From: Chrysochromulina tobinii
Taxonomy: Eukaryota
Reading direction: 5' to 3'
DNA length: 62,309 nucleotides
Assembly (NCBI GenBank): GCA_001275005.1
Contig: JWZX01003208.1
Span: 1-62,309 of the forward strand
Shown: positions 1-10,793 of the stretch, piece after piece
How positions within the stretch are numbered: the first letter of the stretch is position 1
Layout: the number at the start of each line of letters is the position of its first letter
Made by a program: the position numbers and the translations under genes
The notes under the pieces: generated by a model
The model's input: the letters and a program-made list of their open reading frames with translations, nothing else
Told to the model about the DNA's origin: nothing
The model's database searches: none

Positions 1-124
1 GGGACCGGGTTGTCGCGCTCACCAGGCTGCGTTTGTGTAGCTTTGATGAACCGCAATTCAACGTTTCAACGCGCGACCAGGTTTACGAGCCCGGCCTCAT
101 CTTGCGAGCGCGCTCGAGAAAGAC

Positions 125-3016
125 ATGCTGGAGCTGATCGACGCATTCACAAACGACCTGATCCGCGACCCGGTGCTCGCGACCGATGGCCACGTCTACG
201 ATCGCTCCTCGCTCCTCAAGTACTTTGCCGCCCGGAAGTCCGAAGGACTGCCGATTGTCTCGCCTCAGGACCCGGAGCAGCCCATGCGAGAGGAGTTGGG
301 CGAGGCGCCGGCCGACGTGGTTGCGGCGCTGGCGCAGCTGCGCGCGGACGGCGAGCTGATGAGAAGGGCGCGCCAGGCACGATCCGTCACCTTCAAGAGC
401 CTCGAGGCCCTGAAGGTGGTGTTTGATGTGCTGGACCCGCTGTCGGAGCTGCTGGCTGCGACACTGGAGGGTTGGAAGACGCCGGTGGTGATCGTGTTCG
501 GCCAGGAGACGAGCGGCAAGTCGTCGCTGCTCGAACGGCTCGCGATGATGCCGCTGCTGCCGCGCGGCGAGGACACGTGCACGCGGCTGCCCATCCTGCT
601 CAAGCTGCGTCACACAAAGGAGGCGCAGCTGCCGGTGCTGGTGGTGCGCGACAGCGCGACGGGCAAGGAGGAGGTGCGGCGTACAGTGTCGCTCGCGGGC
701 GGGCAGGTGGACGTGCGGCATGAGATGGAGCGCGTGCTCGCTGCCGAGCAGGGCGGCCTCACCTCGGTCAGCATGACGCGCACGATCGAGGTGCACGTGC
801 ACTCGCCGGCGGTGCCGAGCATCGACCTGGTCGACCTGCCCGGGCTGAGGCTGTCGGCGGGCTCGGACGCGGCGGACATGCCGGAGAAGGCAAAGGCCCT
901 GGTCAAGGCGCAGGTCGAGCAGCACAAGGGATCGGCCATTTTCCTCGTGAGCTGCACAGCCTCCACGCCTCCGTCCCAGTCGCTTGGCTTGCAGCTGGTG
1001 GAGGAGCTGGGCCTGCAGCGCGACACGATCGGTGTGGTGACGATGTGCGACAACATCGGGAAGAAGGACATGACGAAGCTGCCGGACCGGCTGAGGCAGA
1101 CGTCGGGCGATGCGTTTCAGCTCGCGCCGCACGGCTTCATCGGCACGATGACGGACCCGATCAAGGATGAGGGTTTGAGCAACGTGCAGCGGCTTGAGAT
1201 GATGGCGACGGCCGAGCGCAAGTGGTTTGCGTCGCAGCCGCTGCTATCGCCGCTATTGTCCGATGGCCTGCTGACGTGCGATGCGCTCGTGGACAAGCTG
1301 AGCAGTGTCTACGCCCGATATCTGCGCAGCACCTGGGCACCACTGACGCTGATCCGCCTCAACGGAGAGCTCATGCGGCTGCAGGCGAAGAGCGACGCGC
1401 TCGGCTTGCCTGAGGCGGTCGAGGCGCCAACCGGCCCGGCCCTCGACGAGCTTCGGGCGGCGGCGTGCCGAGCCGCCGAGGCGGTGCTGGACGAGGCGAT
1501 GGGTGGGGTGGCTGATGAATGCTTTGATAGCATCATCAAGCCGACGGTTTCGAAGCTGGCGAAGAATGGTCGTGGCACGGGGCTAGTCGCGATGCACCTG
1601 GCGATGGTGAAGAGCGCTATGGAGAGCCACCTCAGGTTTGTGAGCCAGGCGAAGCAGGCGTTCGCCGCTGACGCCTCGACTTTCAGGTTGCAGCGATTCC
1701 CCGCGTTTACCGAGGCGATCGTGGCGAAGCTGCAAACACAGGCCTCGCACGTGCGCGGCACGTTTGTGTGGCGCGAGCAGTCGACGGCGGAGCTCGTGCT
1801 CGAGGCGGCGAACGAGGTGACGGACTGGAGGGAGGCCTGTGCGGCCGAGCGCATCGTGATCCGCGAGCAGATGCTCCAGGTGGAGCCGGTGAAGGCAAAG
1901 ACGCTCGAGTTGCTCGAAATCGCCTCGGAGAGCGCTCTCACCACCGAGGCGGTGGAGCGCGCAGTGGCTGAAAAGGACCCAGCGGCGCTGGTGGCCTTGC
2001 TCCAAGCGTGCGCCATCGGTGCGCGGACGCCGATGGCGAGTGGCATCGCCAGTCTCGCCGACGCACCGCCCGCTCAGTCGACGGATCCGATGCGTGTGGC
2101 ACTCGCCGCGGCCGGCGCCCTCCCGCCGCTGGTGGCGATGCTCGGCGATGGTACCGCTGAGGAGCGTGCCGCAGCCGCGGAGGCCTTGGGGAAGCTAGCG
2201 CGCAACGAAGCCAACAAGGCGGCGATGGCGGCGGCGGGCGCCGTTGAGGCGCTCGTGGCGCTCGTGCGCGACGGCGACGCTCAGGGCAAAGCGAACGCAG
2301 CCGGCGCGTTGTGGACTATGGCGGCTGGCGACGTCGCCATCAAGGCGGCGATGGCGGCGGCCGGCTATTCATTGAGGGACGCGAGGGAGGCTGGGTTCAC
2401 CTGCAAGGACGCGAGGGAGGCTGGGTTCACCTGCAAGGACGTGAGGGAGGCTGGGTTCACCTGCTGGGACGCGAAGGCGGCTGGGTTCACCTGCTGGGAC
2501 GCGAAGGCGGCTGGGTTCACCTGCAAGGACGCGAAGGCGGCTGGGTTCACCTGCAAGGACGCGAGGGAGGCTGGCATGCTGTCGACCTGCAAGGACGCGA
2601 GGGATGCTGGGTTCACCGCGCTGAAGGAGGCTGGGTTCACCTGCATGGACGCGAGGTGGGCTGGGTTCAAGGCTGGGAAGGAATGCTATGAGGCCGGCTT
2701 CACCTACGAAGAGGGCAGGGCGGCTGGTTTTCCTTCGCGTGTCAACTTTAATGGCAAACTTCCTAACGCCCCTGATATCACTTTTTATGACGTGCGACCT
2801 GTTCATTGGCCATCTTGTAAGTCCCCCTCCAAGAATTCGAACCCAGGTTGCCCCTTGCCACCGCGCCCCCCTCCGCCTGGCGAGCATCGCCGCGGCGGCC
2901 ACACCGTGTCGCCGCGCGTGCGGCCCGCCCATTCCAAGTCGTTCGTCTTAACCACTCTTCCCTCTCCCGTGTGCGCAGATAATTTTGACTGGGATGGGAA
3001 GTACCTTCGTGATTGA
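125..3016 (+). CDS. U-box + dynamin/Mx-like GTPase + ARM repeats + C-terminal AGF decapeptide repeats; probable intron 2817-2978
   Basis: U-box-like DPVLATDGHVYDRSSL; dynamin motifs GQETSGKS, TCTR, DLPG, TMCD; ARM-like AAGALPPLVAML/AAGAVEALVALV; repeats AREAGFTCKD. GTAAGT...GCAG (162 nt, in-frame) gives spliced end PSYNFDWDGKYLRD*. Confidence 0.85.
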   Translation: MLELIDAFTNDLIRDPVLATDGHVYDRSSLLKYFAARKSEGLPIVSPQDPEQPMREELGEAPADVVAALAQLRADGELMRRARQARSVTFKSLEALKVVFDVLDPLSELLAATLEGWKTPVVIVFGQETSGKSSLLERLAMMPLLPRGEDTCTRLPILLKLRHTKEAQLPVLVVRDSATGKEEVRRTVSLAGGQVDVRHEMERVLAAEQGGLTSVSMTRTIEVHVHSPAVPSIDLVDLPGLRLSAGSDAADMPEKAKALVKAQVEQHKGSAIFLVSCTASTPPSQSLGLQLVEELGLQRDTIGVVTMCDNIGKKDMTKLPDRLRQTSGDAFQLAPHGFIGTMTDPIKDEGLSNVQRLEMMATAERKWFASQPLLSPLLSDGLLTCDALVDKLSSVYARYLRSTWAPLTLIRLNGELMRLQAKSDALGLPEAVEAPTGPALDELRAAACRAAEAVLDEAMGGVADECFDSIIKPTVSKLAKNGRGTGLVAMHLAMVKSAMESHLRFVSQAKQAFAADASTFRLQRFPAFTEAIVAKLQTQASHVRGTFVWREQSTAELVLEAANEVTDWREACAAERIVIREQMLQVEPVKAKTLELLEIASESALTTEAVERAVAEKDPAALVALLQACAIGARTPMASGIASLADAPPAQSTDPMRVALAAAGALPPLVAMLGDGTAEERAAAAEALGKLARNEANKAAMAAAGAVEALVALVRDGDAQGKANAAGALWTMAAGDVAIKAAMAAAGYSLRDAREAGFTCKDAREAGFTCKDVREAGFTCWDAKAAGFTCWDAKAAGFTCKDAKAAGFTCKDAREAGMLSTCKDARDAGFTALKEAGFTCMDARWAGFKAGKECYEAGFTYEEGRAAGFPSRVNFNGKLPNAPDITFYDVRPVHWPSCKSPSKNSNPGCPLPPRPPPPGEHRRGGHTVSPRVRPAHSKSFVLTTLPSPVCADNFDWDGKYLRD
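2375..2730 (+). repeat. Coding 30-nt tandem repeat (AREAGFTCKD-type decapeptide)
   Basis: Unit gcgagggaggctgggttcacctgcaaggac repeated about 10 times with point variants. Confidence 0.95.
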
Positions 3017-3201
3017 AGGGCTTGGTTGATAACCGCGGTGCCGCCCCCACCATGCCGCGACGACCCCAGATAGCAGCCACCATACCAAGGGCGCGCCGGG
3101 CACCTACACCAGCCGGCGTGGAGCCGCCTTCCAGCCGAGATGCAGGGAGGGGAGGGTGGAATGATTGCCGCAGATGTGCAGGGGTTCCTCGAGTGCGTGC
3201 C

Positions 3202-3542
3202 GTAAGCTCTCCGAGAATCGAACTCAGCTCGACCCTCGCCGCGCGCGCCCTCCGCCCTCCCGCGCGCCCCCCCACCCTCCGCCCGGCGAGGCGGCCGCGC
3301 CGTGCCGCCGCCCGTGCCGCCGCACGTGCGGCCCGCGCCCTGCGTGCGGCCTGGGGCGGCGTGGCGAGCCCGCGCTGCCGCGACTCTCACGCCCGCTCTT
3401 GCGCGTGGCGTCCTCGCATGGCGGCGCAGGGAATTTAGACTGGGATGAGAGAAATTTTGGAAGGAATGGATTCACCTATGAAGAGGGCAGGGCGGCTGCC
3501 TTAGGCACTAATCGGCTGCAGGAGCTCAAGCCGCACCATTAA
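3202..3542 (+). other. Second copy of terminal intron (3202-3429) plus potential alternative last exon
   Basis: GTAAGC...GGCGGCGCAG resembles intron 31063-31257; followed by NLDWDERNFGRNGFTYEEGRAAALG...HH*, in phase with the 2817 donor. Confidence 0.6.
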
Positions 3543-3731
3543 TACTACATGTAGGTTAATGACATCTGTTGAGTGTTGTAACTACTACGTCGTGAACATG
3601 TGTTTTCGCCACGTTCTCATCCCGGCCCTGCGCGGCCACCCGTTCGAGCCACTCAGAGCTCGCTGCTTGGGTCGGCCCCGCCGAACGCTGGACTTGTAAA
3701 GCCGTGTGTCTACGCAACGCTTTCGAGTACA

Positions 3732-6700
3732 TCAGACAGCCCCATTCCCGCCCATCCGCTGGTACGCCACCAAGTACTCAGGGTAGATGTAGCTTCCATG
3801 GAAGACAATAAACTCACGGAAGCGTGCGATGCAGCCGCCAGTCTCAGCCACGAGCGAGTGGAAGTGCACGGGCGGCGATGCGCGAGGCACCGCGGCCAGC
3901 TCACGCTTATCGCCCGTGGCAAAGATCGAGCCACCGCCGCCGTCCATGCTTGTTTGGCCATCTTGGGTGCGGACAGAGTGGCCCAGGGAGACGCGGCACA
4001 CGAGAAGGTAGTGGAGCCTGCCAGGGTGGCGCACCTTCACAAACAGCCGCTCGTGCAGCTCCTTGCGTGCGCCGCTCGTATCGTGCGCAACGTCGGTGGT
4101 CACGTATTGGTCATTCTTGCCCACGTCCTCCGCAAAGTACGTGCCGTGGCCAAAGATCCCCCTGCTGAAATGCTCATTGGGCCCGTTACTCAGGATGCTC
4201 AAGAGCATGTCCGGCTTCGTGCCGTGCAGCAGAACCCGCTCGTTGGCCTCAGCATTCATGCCACCAGGGAAGTGGGCGCGGTCCGTCTTGAGAACCAGGC
4301 TGGACAGGGCGGCCCCGTTCCTGCGGAGCCGCGCGAGCTGCTCCTGGATCTGCTGCTGGCCGGATACGTAGCGGTCCCAGAGCTTCGGGTGCTCGAGCCG
4401 CCACGCGCACGCCAGCTCGAGCCGGCTGTAGACTCCGGGCTGGCGGACGTCTTGACCTCTGGAGAGCTGTGTGGGGTCGGTTTGGAGCAGAGACTGCAGA
4501 GTAGCCCATAGGTTCGCATCGTTGCGGCGATCCAGGGCGATCAATGCGAAGCCGTCGTTGGCACGTGCGGTCGTTGCGAGACTGGGCTGCCAGTAGGCAG
4601 GCGGTGCGCGCCGCTCGGCCGCCATCGCACTCATCTTGCTCTGCGCATGCTCCGCCGCCTTCCGAGCCGCATCCGCCTTTGTCGACGCCTCCGCGTGCCG
4701 CCGGCGCTCCTCCTCGAGACGCCGGCGCTCGGCCTCCGACTGGGCCCTCTGCTCACGTGCGGCCCTCTCCTGGTCTCTCAGCCGTTGGTCGGCGGCGCTC
4801 AGCTCAGCCTCGCGGCGCCGGAGCTCCATATCGCGCAGTCGGCACGCCTCCTCGGCCTCCCGCAGCTGGCGACGCTGCTCGGCCGCAGAGCTCTCGAGCG
4901 CGCTGCGATGCCTGCGCTCCTCCTCCTTCATCCTCGTGCGATGCCCGCGCTCCTCCTCCTCCATCCGCACTCGCTCGGCTTCGGCAACGCTCGCAATCTC
5001 GAGCCGCTCCAGATCCGCCGCCTCCCGCGCCTCCTCTGCGAGCGCGCGTGCCGCCGTCGGATCGAGGAAGGGGTGCTGGCTCGCCGACGTGGCGTCGAAC
5101 CTCGCCTCCGGCGCATCCGCGAGCAGCCCTCGGAGCAGCGCCTCCAGGTGGGCGTACTTGGACTCAGACGCCTCGGCGTCGCTCGCGCTCTTGTGCCACG
5201 AGAGCAGCGCACCCGAGGGCGAGAAGCAGAGCGAGCCCTCCCGGCAGGTCGCCTTCAGCACGCACACGCCATACGCAAAGAGGTCCGCCGCGTGCGTGGG
5301 CTTGGGGGCGGGCGCACTGCTGTTCGCGGGCTGAGAGAGCTCGGGGGCGCGGTACTGCTGCGTCCCCAGCACGCTGCTCGGCGCCGCGCTCATGCTCGCG
5401 ATGTCGCGGCTCGTCTCAAAGTCGGCGAGGCACGCGTTCCACACGCCCTCACCCTGCGCCGCCATCAGGACGTTTGGTAGCTTCACGTCGCCGTGCGCGA
5501 AGCCGTGCCCGTGCAGGTGGCGCAGCGCAAGAGCGACGTCGTTCAGCGCCGCCTTGCGCGCCAGGGCGATTGGGCTCTTCTGCAGCAGCCACGCCTGCAT
5601 GTCGCCCGCGTCACAGTGCCTGAGCTGCATGTACGCGACGCGCCCCCCTGCCCTCGAGCTCTCGAAGAGGCACTCCACCTCGGCGATCAGCGGGTGACGC
5701 AGCTCTGACAGGATGCGCACCTCGCGCTGCAGCCTGCGCCAGTCCTCGCTCCGCTGCAGCGTGTACTCCTTGAGCACACTGCGCCTCCCGCCGAAGACGC
5801 CCGTGAACACGTGGTGTAATGTCTCCGGCGGGCCGCTCATGAGCGAGAGCTGCGAGTAATGCGAGAGCTCGCGCTCGACGAGCATGCCGGGGATGGCGAC
5901 GCCATCGACCTCGCACAGGCGCAGCACGGGCTCGGTCGCCAACCACTCTGGCAAGTGGACGAAGGCCATCGCCGAGAGCGCCACGCGCGTGGACCTCAGG
6001 GCGCTCTCGGCGCGCTGAACCTGATCACGCGCCTCGTCGAGCCGTTCGGTGGCCCCGGGCTCTCCCTTCTCGACGGCGGCGTTGGCGTCGATGAAATCGT
6101 TTCTGGCATCCTTCCAGGCCCTGTGCAGGGCGTGCAGGCTCTCGAGCCCAGCTTGCGCCCCCTCTACCTTTTGGAGCTCCGGAAGCTCCACTCGCGATCG
6201 ATCGACCTCGCGCATGCACCGGCTGATGAGGGGCAGTGCCTCCTCGCGCAGCGCGCCCAAGCGCCGCCTCGGCTCCGCCCCGAGATGTTCCTCCAACTTT
6301 TCCAAGGCCATCGCCTCATTCGGCAAGTCTCTCGCCAATTCTGCACACTCACTCGTGGCGTGCTCGATCAGCGCCTGGAGCCTCTGCATGAGCTCAAGCC
6401 GCGCCGTGTCGCGCCTGGCCACAGCGTCGCCCCTGGCCACAGCGTCGCGCCGGCCCTCGTCCTCCGCGAGTTCCAGCGGCGACGCCTCGAGCGAGAAGCA
6501 AGCGCGCACGTGCTGCTGCGCGCTCGCGAGACGGCCACGGGCCGACGTGACGTGCTCGAGCATCTCAGCGCATACGTGAAAGGCGTCCAGCTCTCCCGGC
6601 TTGATCGGCAGCGACGTCTGCCTCGCCACGGGTAGCGCGGCTGGTGAGGCACGCACGTGGCTGAACTCGACGGGGTCGATCTCTGTGGAGGCAGCCGTAG

Positions 6701-7536
6701 CGTTCACCAGAACTTCCGCACGGCCGTACAATTTGGCCTGGCGCGCACGGGCGATCTCGAGCTGGCCGAAGAGTTCGTCGAGACCGGCGTCGCCGGCTTC
6801 AAGCTCAACGGCCGTCACTGTGCGAGAGTGGACGGTGGCGCCCCCGCCGCCGAGGATGGCATCCACGTGCAGCTCGATGCTCGCGTTGGGCGGCACGAAG
6901 CCCGTCGTCGGGACGAAGGTGCACTCCCCTTCGCAGACCACCTTGAACGCCATATGCGACTGCAGACTGCGGGGACAAGCGGTCACGCACGCGGGAGAGG
7001 GTGCTTACTGCCAGAGATGGTGGGAGTCGAGGGGCATCGTGCGCAGGAAATGCGAACCTTGGATTCGTGATGCGCAGATCGCATGAAGGAGCAGCGACAA
7101 TGCGCAACGATTCCGGAGGATAAGCACCGAGCTCGATGCTTGCCATCGGAAGCGGGGCTTGCTCTTCAGGCTTGGACTCTATCGGATAAAGCTCGATGCG
7201 TCCACTTGAGGCAAACAATGAGGCCATGGCCCTCGCGTCGAATAGATCGCATGCAGCAGAGTCGATCTTCACCGCCTCATGCAATGCGATCGGACGATTC
7301 AGCAAGATGGCCGGAGCCTCAGCAGTAGCTCCTCCCTTGTTTTTGATGACAATCTCGATGCTCCCACCAGGAGCCACTGCGCCGGCTAATGGAATCACGG
7401 TTGTTTGATCGTCGCTCTGGAGGACGAGGAAGGCGTAAAGCTGCTCCGTGGGGTTCTCGAGGCGCACGCTTGCCTCGCCTTCGCAAAAGTGAAGCGCGCT
7501 TCTGTCGCGAACGCCGACGCGGATCGCCGCCATCAT
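3732..7536 (-). CDS. 2x MSP domain + coiled coil + protein kinase + coiled coil + PARP catalytic domain; intron 6967-7057
   Basis: MSP-like LENPTEQLYAF...GAVAPGGSIEI and spliced ITNPSLQSHMAFKV...GFVPPNASIEL; kinase VLKEY, HGDVKLPN, ADFE, YRAPE; PARP LHGT, FGHGTYFAED..K..QY, REFIVF..IYPEYLV. Confidence 0.85.
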
Positions 7537-7896
7537 ATTCGCGACAGGCTCGGAAGAAATACGTGTGAACTGGCTGTGAATAAAACGGACGAGCAATGAT
7601 TCAAAAGTGACAACTCTCATTCCGTCATGAAATTGTCTGACACAGTCACAGATACTCGCGTCTGCAAGCCGGAAGGAAGTCAGGAGCCCGCTGAAGCTGT
7701 GTAGCAGAAAAGTGCTACAGTACAAGCAGCCACATGTGGTGAGTCTCTCCCGGGGGCACTTCCTCATCCGGGCGGTTACTAATTGCGTGGACAACAGGCC
7801 AAGAATTTTTCAAGAGGTTCGTCAGTGGGAGAAGGGGGGTGCAGGTGTGCAACCACAACGCGTCAATTGGTGGACTTGTCGGGCACTTGGTGGACG

Positions 7897-8460
7897 ATGC
7901 GCTCGTTGTCGCTCCTGGCGCTCGTCGCGCTCGTTCGCGGCAATAATGTGCACCGATACGTGCACATGAATGACCTTGAAAAGCTGGAGGCGGAGATCCT
8001 CGGCAAGAGATCCACGGAGCTCAACGCCGTCGAGGCTCACACCGGCCAAACGCCGCTGTTTAAGGCGGTCTCCGAGAAGAAAACCACGGCCGTGAAAATG
8101 CTCCTCAAAGCGGGCGCAGACGCCACCATCGGTGACAAGGATGGCTATACCGTGTGCCACGAAGCCGCCAGGCTGGGTCACCACGAGATCTTGTTGATGC
8201 TCCTTGAGAAAGGACTTCCATGCACGACCGATTATCACACTGATGGGTTCACGCCGCTGCACCGCGCGTGCACGGGGAAGTCGGAGGCACACACGGCCGC
8301 CGTGCGTGCGCTGATTAAGGCGGGCGCGCCAGCCGACCAGAAGGCCAAGAACGGCATGTCTCCTATGGAGCTGGCGGTGGACAATGCGGCGACGAGGGGC
8401 CTGCTCAAAACTCGGCTCAAGAAGGTCGAAATGTCCAAGCAGTACAAGGCGGAGCTCTAA
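7897..8460 (+). CDS. Ankyrin-repeat protein with signal peptide and KDEL-like C-terminus
   Basis: MRSLSLLALVALVRG leader; GQTPLFKA, GYTVCHEA, GFTPLHRA, GMSPMELA ankyrin motifs; ends KAEL. Confidence 0.85.
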   Translation: MRSLSLLALVALVRGNNVHRYVHMNDLEKLEAEILGKRSTELNAVEAHTGQTPLFKAVSEKKTTAVKMLLKAGADATIGDKDGYTVCHEAARLGHHEILLMLLEKGLPCTTDYHTDGFTPLHRACTGKSEAHTAAVRALIKAGAPADQKAKNGMSPMELAVDNAATRGLLKTRLKKVEMSKQYKAEL

Positions 8461-9530
8461 GCGTCGGCCCATCGGTGATCACGCCAAGGACCATGGCTGC
8501 GACGGGGGCAGGGAACCCTTTTAGCACACGCGATGGGCACATGCGGCAGGCCCACACGCATTTTCAATCCCCATTTAATACCCCCCTATCTGCTCACATT
8601 CCCGGAGCGGTCAGGCTACTTTCAGGCTACCCTTGGCGAGGGTCGCAGTTGTGAGTATCTAAGGAAAAGAAAACGCTGAACGCTGAAACCTGATTCGTGC
8701 AACGCTGAATCGTGAATGCTGAACGCTGAATGCATACTCATCTTGATGTGTGTGCACACTCTCCTTGTACGAGTTCCTTACTCCCACGCCGACATCCCCT
8801 TCAAATTCCCCCACCGCAATTCAGGGGGTCCTGCCAATGTGTAGGTAGCTTGGTAAGTTACAAAGTTCTCTCTCCTTGTACGAGTTGACCGCACCACCAT
8901 GCCGCACCACTCCTCCAACATTCCGGCATCGAGAGTACCGGTCGCGAGATGTGGCCGGTGCGTAACGGGTTCTTAAGGTATCGACGTCTTGTTCGTACGA
9001 CGACGACGTGACATTCTCTTTCACGTATTTGTGGTTCACTGCCAGATAAGCCGGTCAAGGCGCCACCGGAGTCCGTACCCCCAAATAGTGAATCAGTAGT
9101 GAATGCGGCGGCGGATTAGTGACTCAATTAGGAACAGTCAAGATAATTCGGGAAAGAGGTTTGGCTCGCCCTCCGTACGTCGTGTTCGTTCCTATAGGCG
9201 AGAGCCAAAACGCGGTGCCTATCACGAACATTTTTCCCCTTGAGATGAGTGAGTTAGTAAGTTATTGAGACACTCAGACACACCGTGCTGGAACAATACG
9301 GGATATACACATACGGGTCGAGATATCCACTAAGGCACATAACTCACTCACTCTACACTCACACTCACTCACTCACCCACCCTTGAGATGCCTACTATGT
9401 ATTCTCATCTTCGAATAGCCGCAACTTTCTCAAAACGGAAATTCAGCCGCGTTCTCGCGACGCATCTGCGACCTCCGAGAGCGGGCTCAGGCTTCGGCCC
9501 CACTAATTGGGTGGATCCCGCCGCATAAAG

Positions 9531-10793
9531 ATGCTGGTGCTCTCCTCCCTCGCGTCGGCGCTCGTGCTGCCCGCTGGCCAGGCGGTCCATGCTGTCCATG
9601 CGCCGCGCTTTGCGGCCGTGACGATGAAGGGCGGCGCGACGGCTTTTGCTTCCAAGCACTCGTCCACCCGTGACCTGAAGACTCTCGAGACGCTTCTCGC
9701 GGATGTGGAGTTGCCCTTTCTGAACCGCAAAGGCAAGGTGGTCGCGACGCTCGGCCCTGCATCGTCCAGCCTCATCATGATCCAGAAGCTCGTCGCCGCG
9801 GGCGTCGACGTCTTCCGGCTCAACGCTTCCCACCGCCGTCCGGGCCAGTTCGAGGAGCTGATTCCGTGGATCCGCGCGGCCGCGACGGCCGCGGGGCGCG
9901 ACGTCCGGATCCTCGGCGACATCCAGGGCCCCAAGTTCCGCTGCTCGCTCACGCAGGACGATGTGCCCGTGCCGCTCACGCGCGGCGAGGTTCTCGAGTT
10001 CGGCCTCGCGGCGAGCAATGCGGACGCAACGCGTCCGGGGCGCATCACGCTTTCGCCGACGGTCGAGCAGACGGCGCTGATGCGCGGCGTGACGCCCGGG
10101 ATGCGGCTGCTGCTCGACGACGGCTTTATGGAGGTCAAGGTCGTCTCGCGCGTCAGCCCCGACCTCGTCAAGGTCGAGGTGCTCGTTGGCGGCAAGCTCA
10201 AGAGCCGAAAGGGTATCAACGTGCCCGAGCTCCAGATCGACTGCTCGGCGCTCACGGCCAAAGATCGTGAGGACGCCAAGTATCTCCTCTCGATGGGTGT
10301 CGACTACATCGCCCTCTCCTTCGCGCAGAAGGCGTCCGACATCCAAGAGCTCATCGACCTGATGGACGCGCAAGGCGTGCCAAAGTCGGCGCGTCCGGCA
10401 ATCATCCCCAAGATCGAGAAGCCGGCGGCGCTGCGCAACATTGACGAGATCCTCGCCCTGTCCGACGGTCTGATGGTGGCGCGCGGCGACCTCGGCGTCG
10501 AGCTCGGGTTGCAGCGTGTGCCTTTCGCCCAAAAGTTCCTTGTGCGCAAGGCGAACGACGCGGGCAAGTTCTGCATCACCGCGACGCAGATGATGGAGTC
10601 GATGATCTCGAACGCCGTGCCGACGCGCGCCGAGGTCTCGGACGTGGCCAACGCCGTCTTCGACGGCACGGACGCCGTGATGCTCAGTGGCGAGTCGGCG
10701 ATGGGTGACGACCCAGTGGGCGTCGTCCAGTGGATGGGACGCATCATCGCGGAGGCGGAGGCGCACGCGGAGGACCTCGCGCCTTCGATGTAA
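9531..10793 (+). CDS. PK: Pyruvate kinase, probably plastid-targeted; C-terminal domain apparently absent
   Basis: [55 protein letters not shown]; signal+transit-like leader. Confidence 0.95.
   Translation: MLVLSSLASALVLPAGQAVHAVHAPRFAAVTMKGGATAFASKHSSTRDLKTLETLLADVELPFLNRKGKVVATLGPASSSLIMIQKLVAAGVDVFRLNASHRRPGQFEELIPWIRAAATAAGRDVRILGDIQGPKFRCSLTQDDVPVPLTRGEVLEFGLAASNADATRPGRITLSPTVEQTALMRGVTPGMRLLLDDGFMEVKVVSRVSPDLVKVEVLVGGKLKSRKGINVPELQIDCSALTAKDREDAKYLLSMGVDYIALSFAQKASDIQELIDLMDAQGVPKSARPAIIPKIEKPAALRNIDEILALSDGLMVARGDLGVELGLQRVPFAQKFLVRKANDAGKFCITATQMMESMISNAVPTRAEVSDVANAVFDGTDAVMLSGESAMGDDPVGVVQWMGRIIAEAEAHAEDLAPSM

Noticed and set aside
83..1132. Long antisense and alternate-frame ORFs here and throughout
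   Set aside because: Shadow ORFs expected in high-GC coding DNA; no recognisable motifs.
2817..2978. Pro/Arg-rich protein segment in the ORF track (also 31063-31257 and 14094-14159)
   Set aside because: Better explained as stop-free in-frame introns with GT-AG ends.
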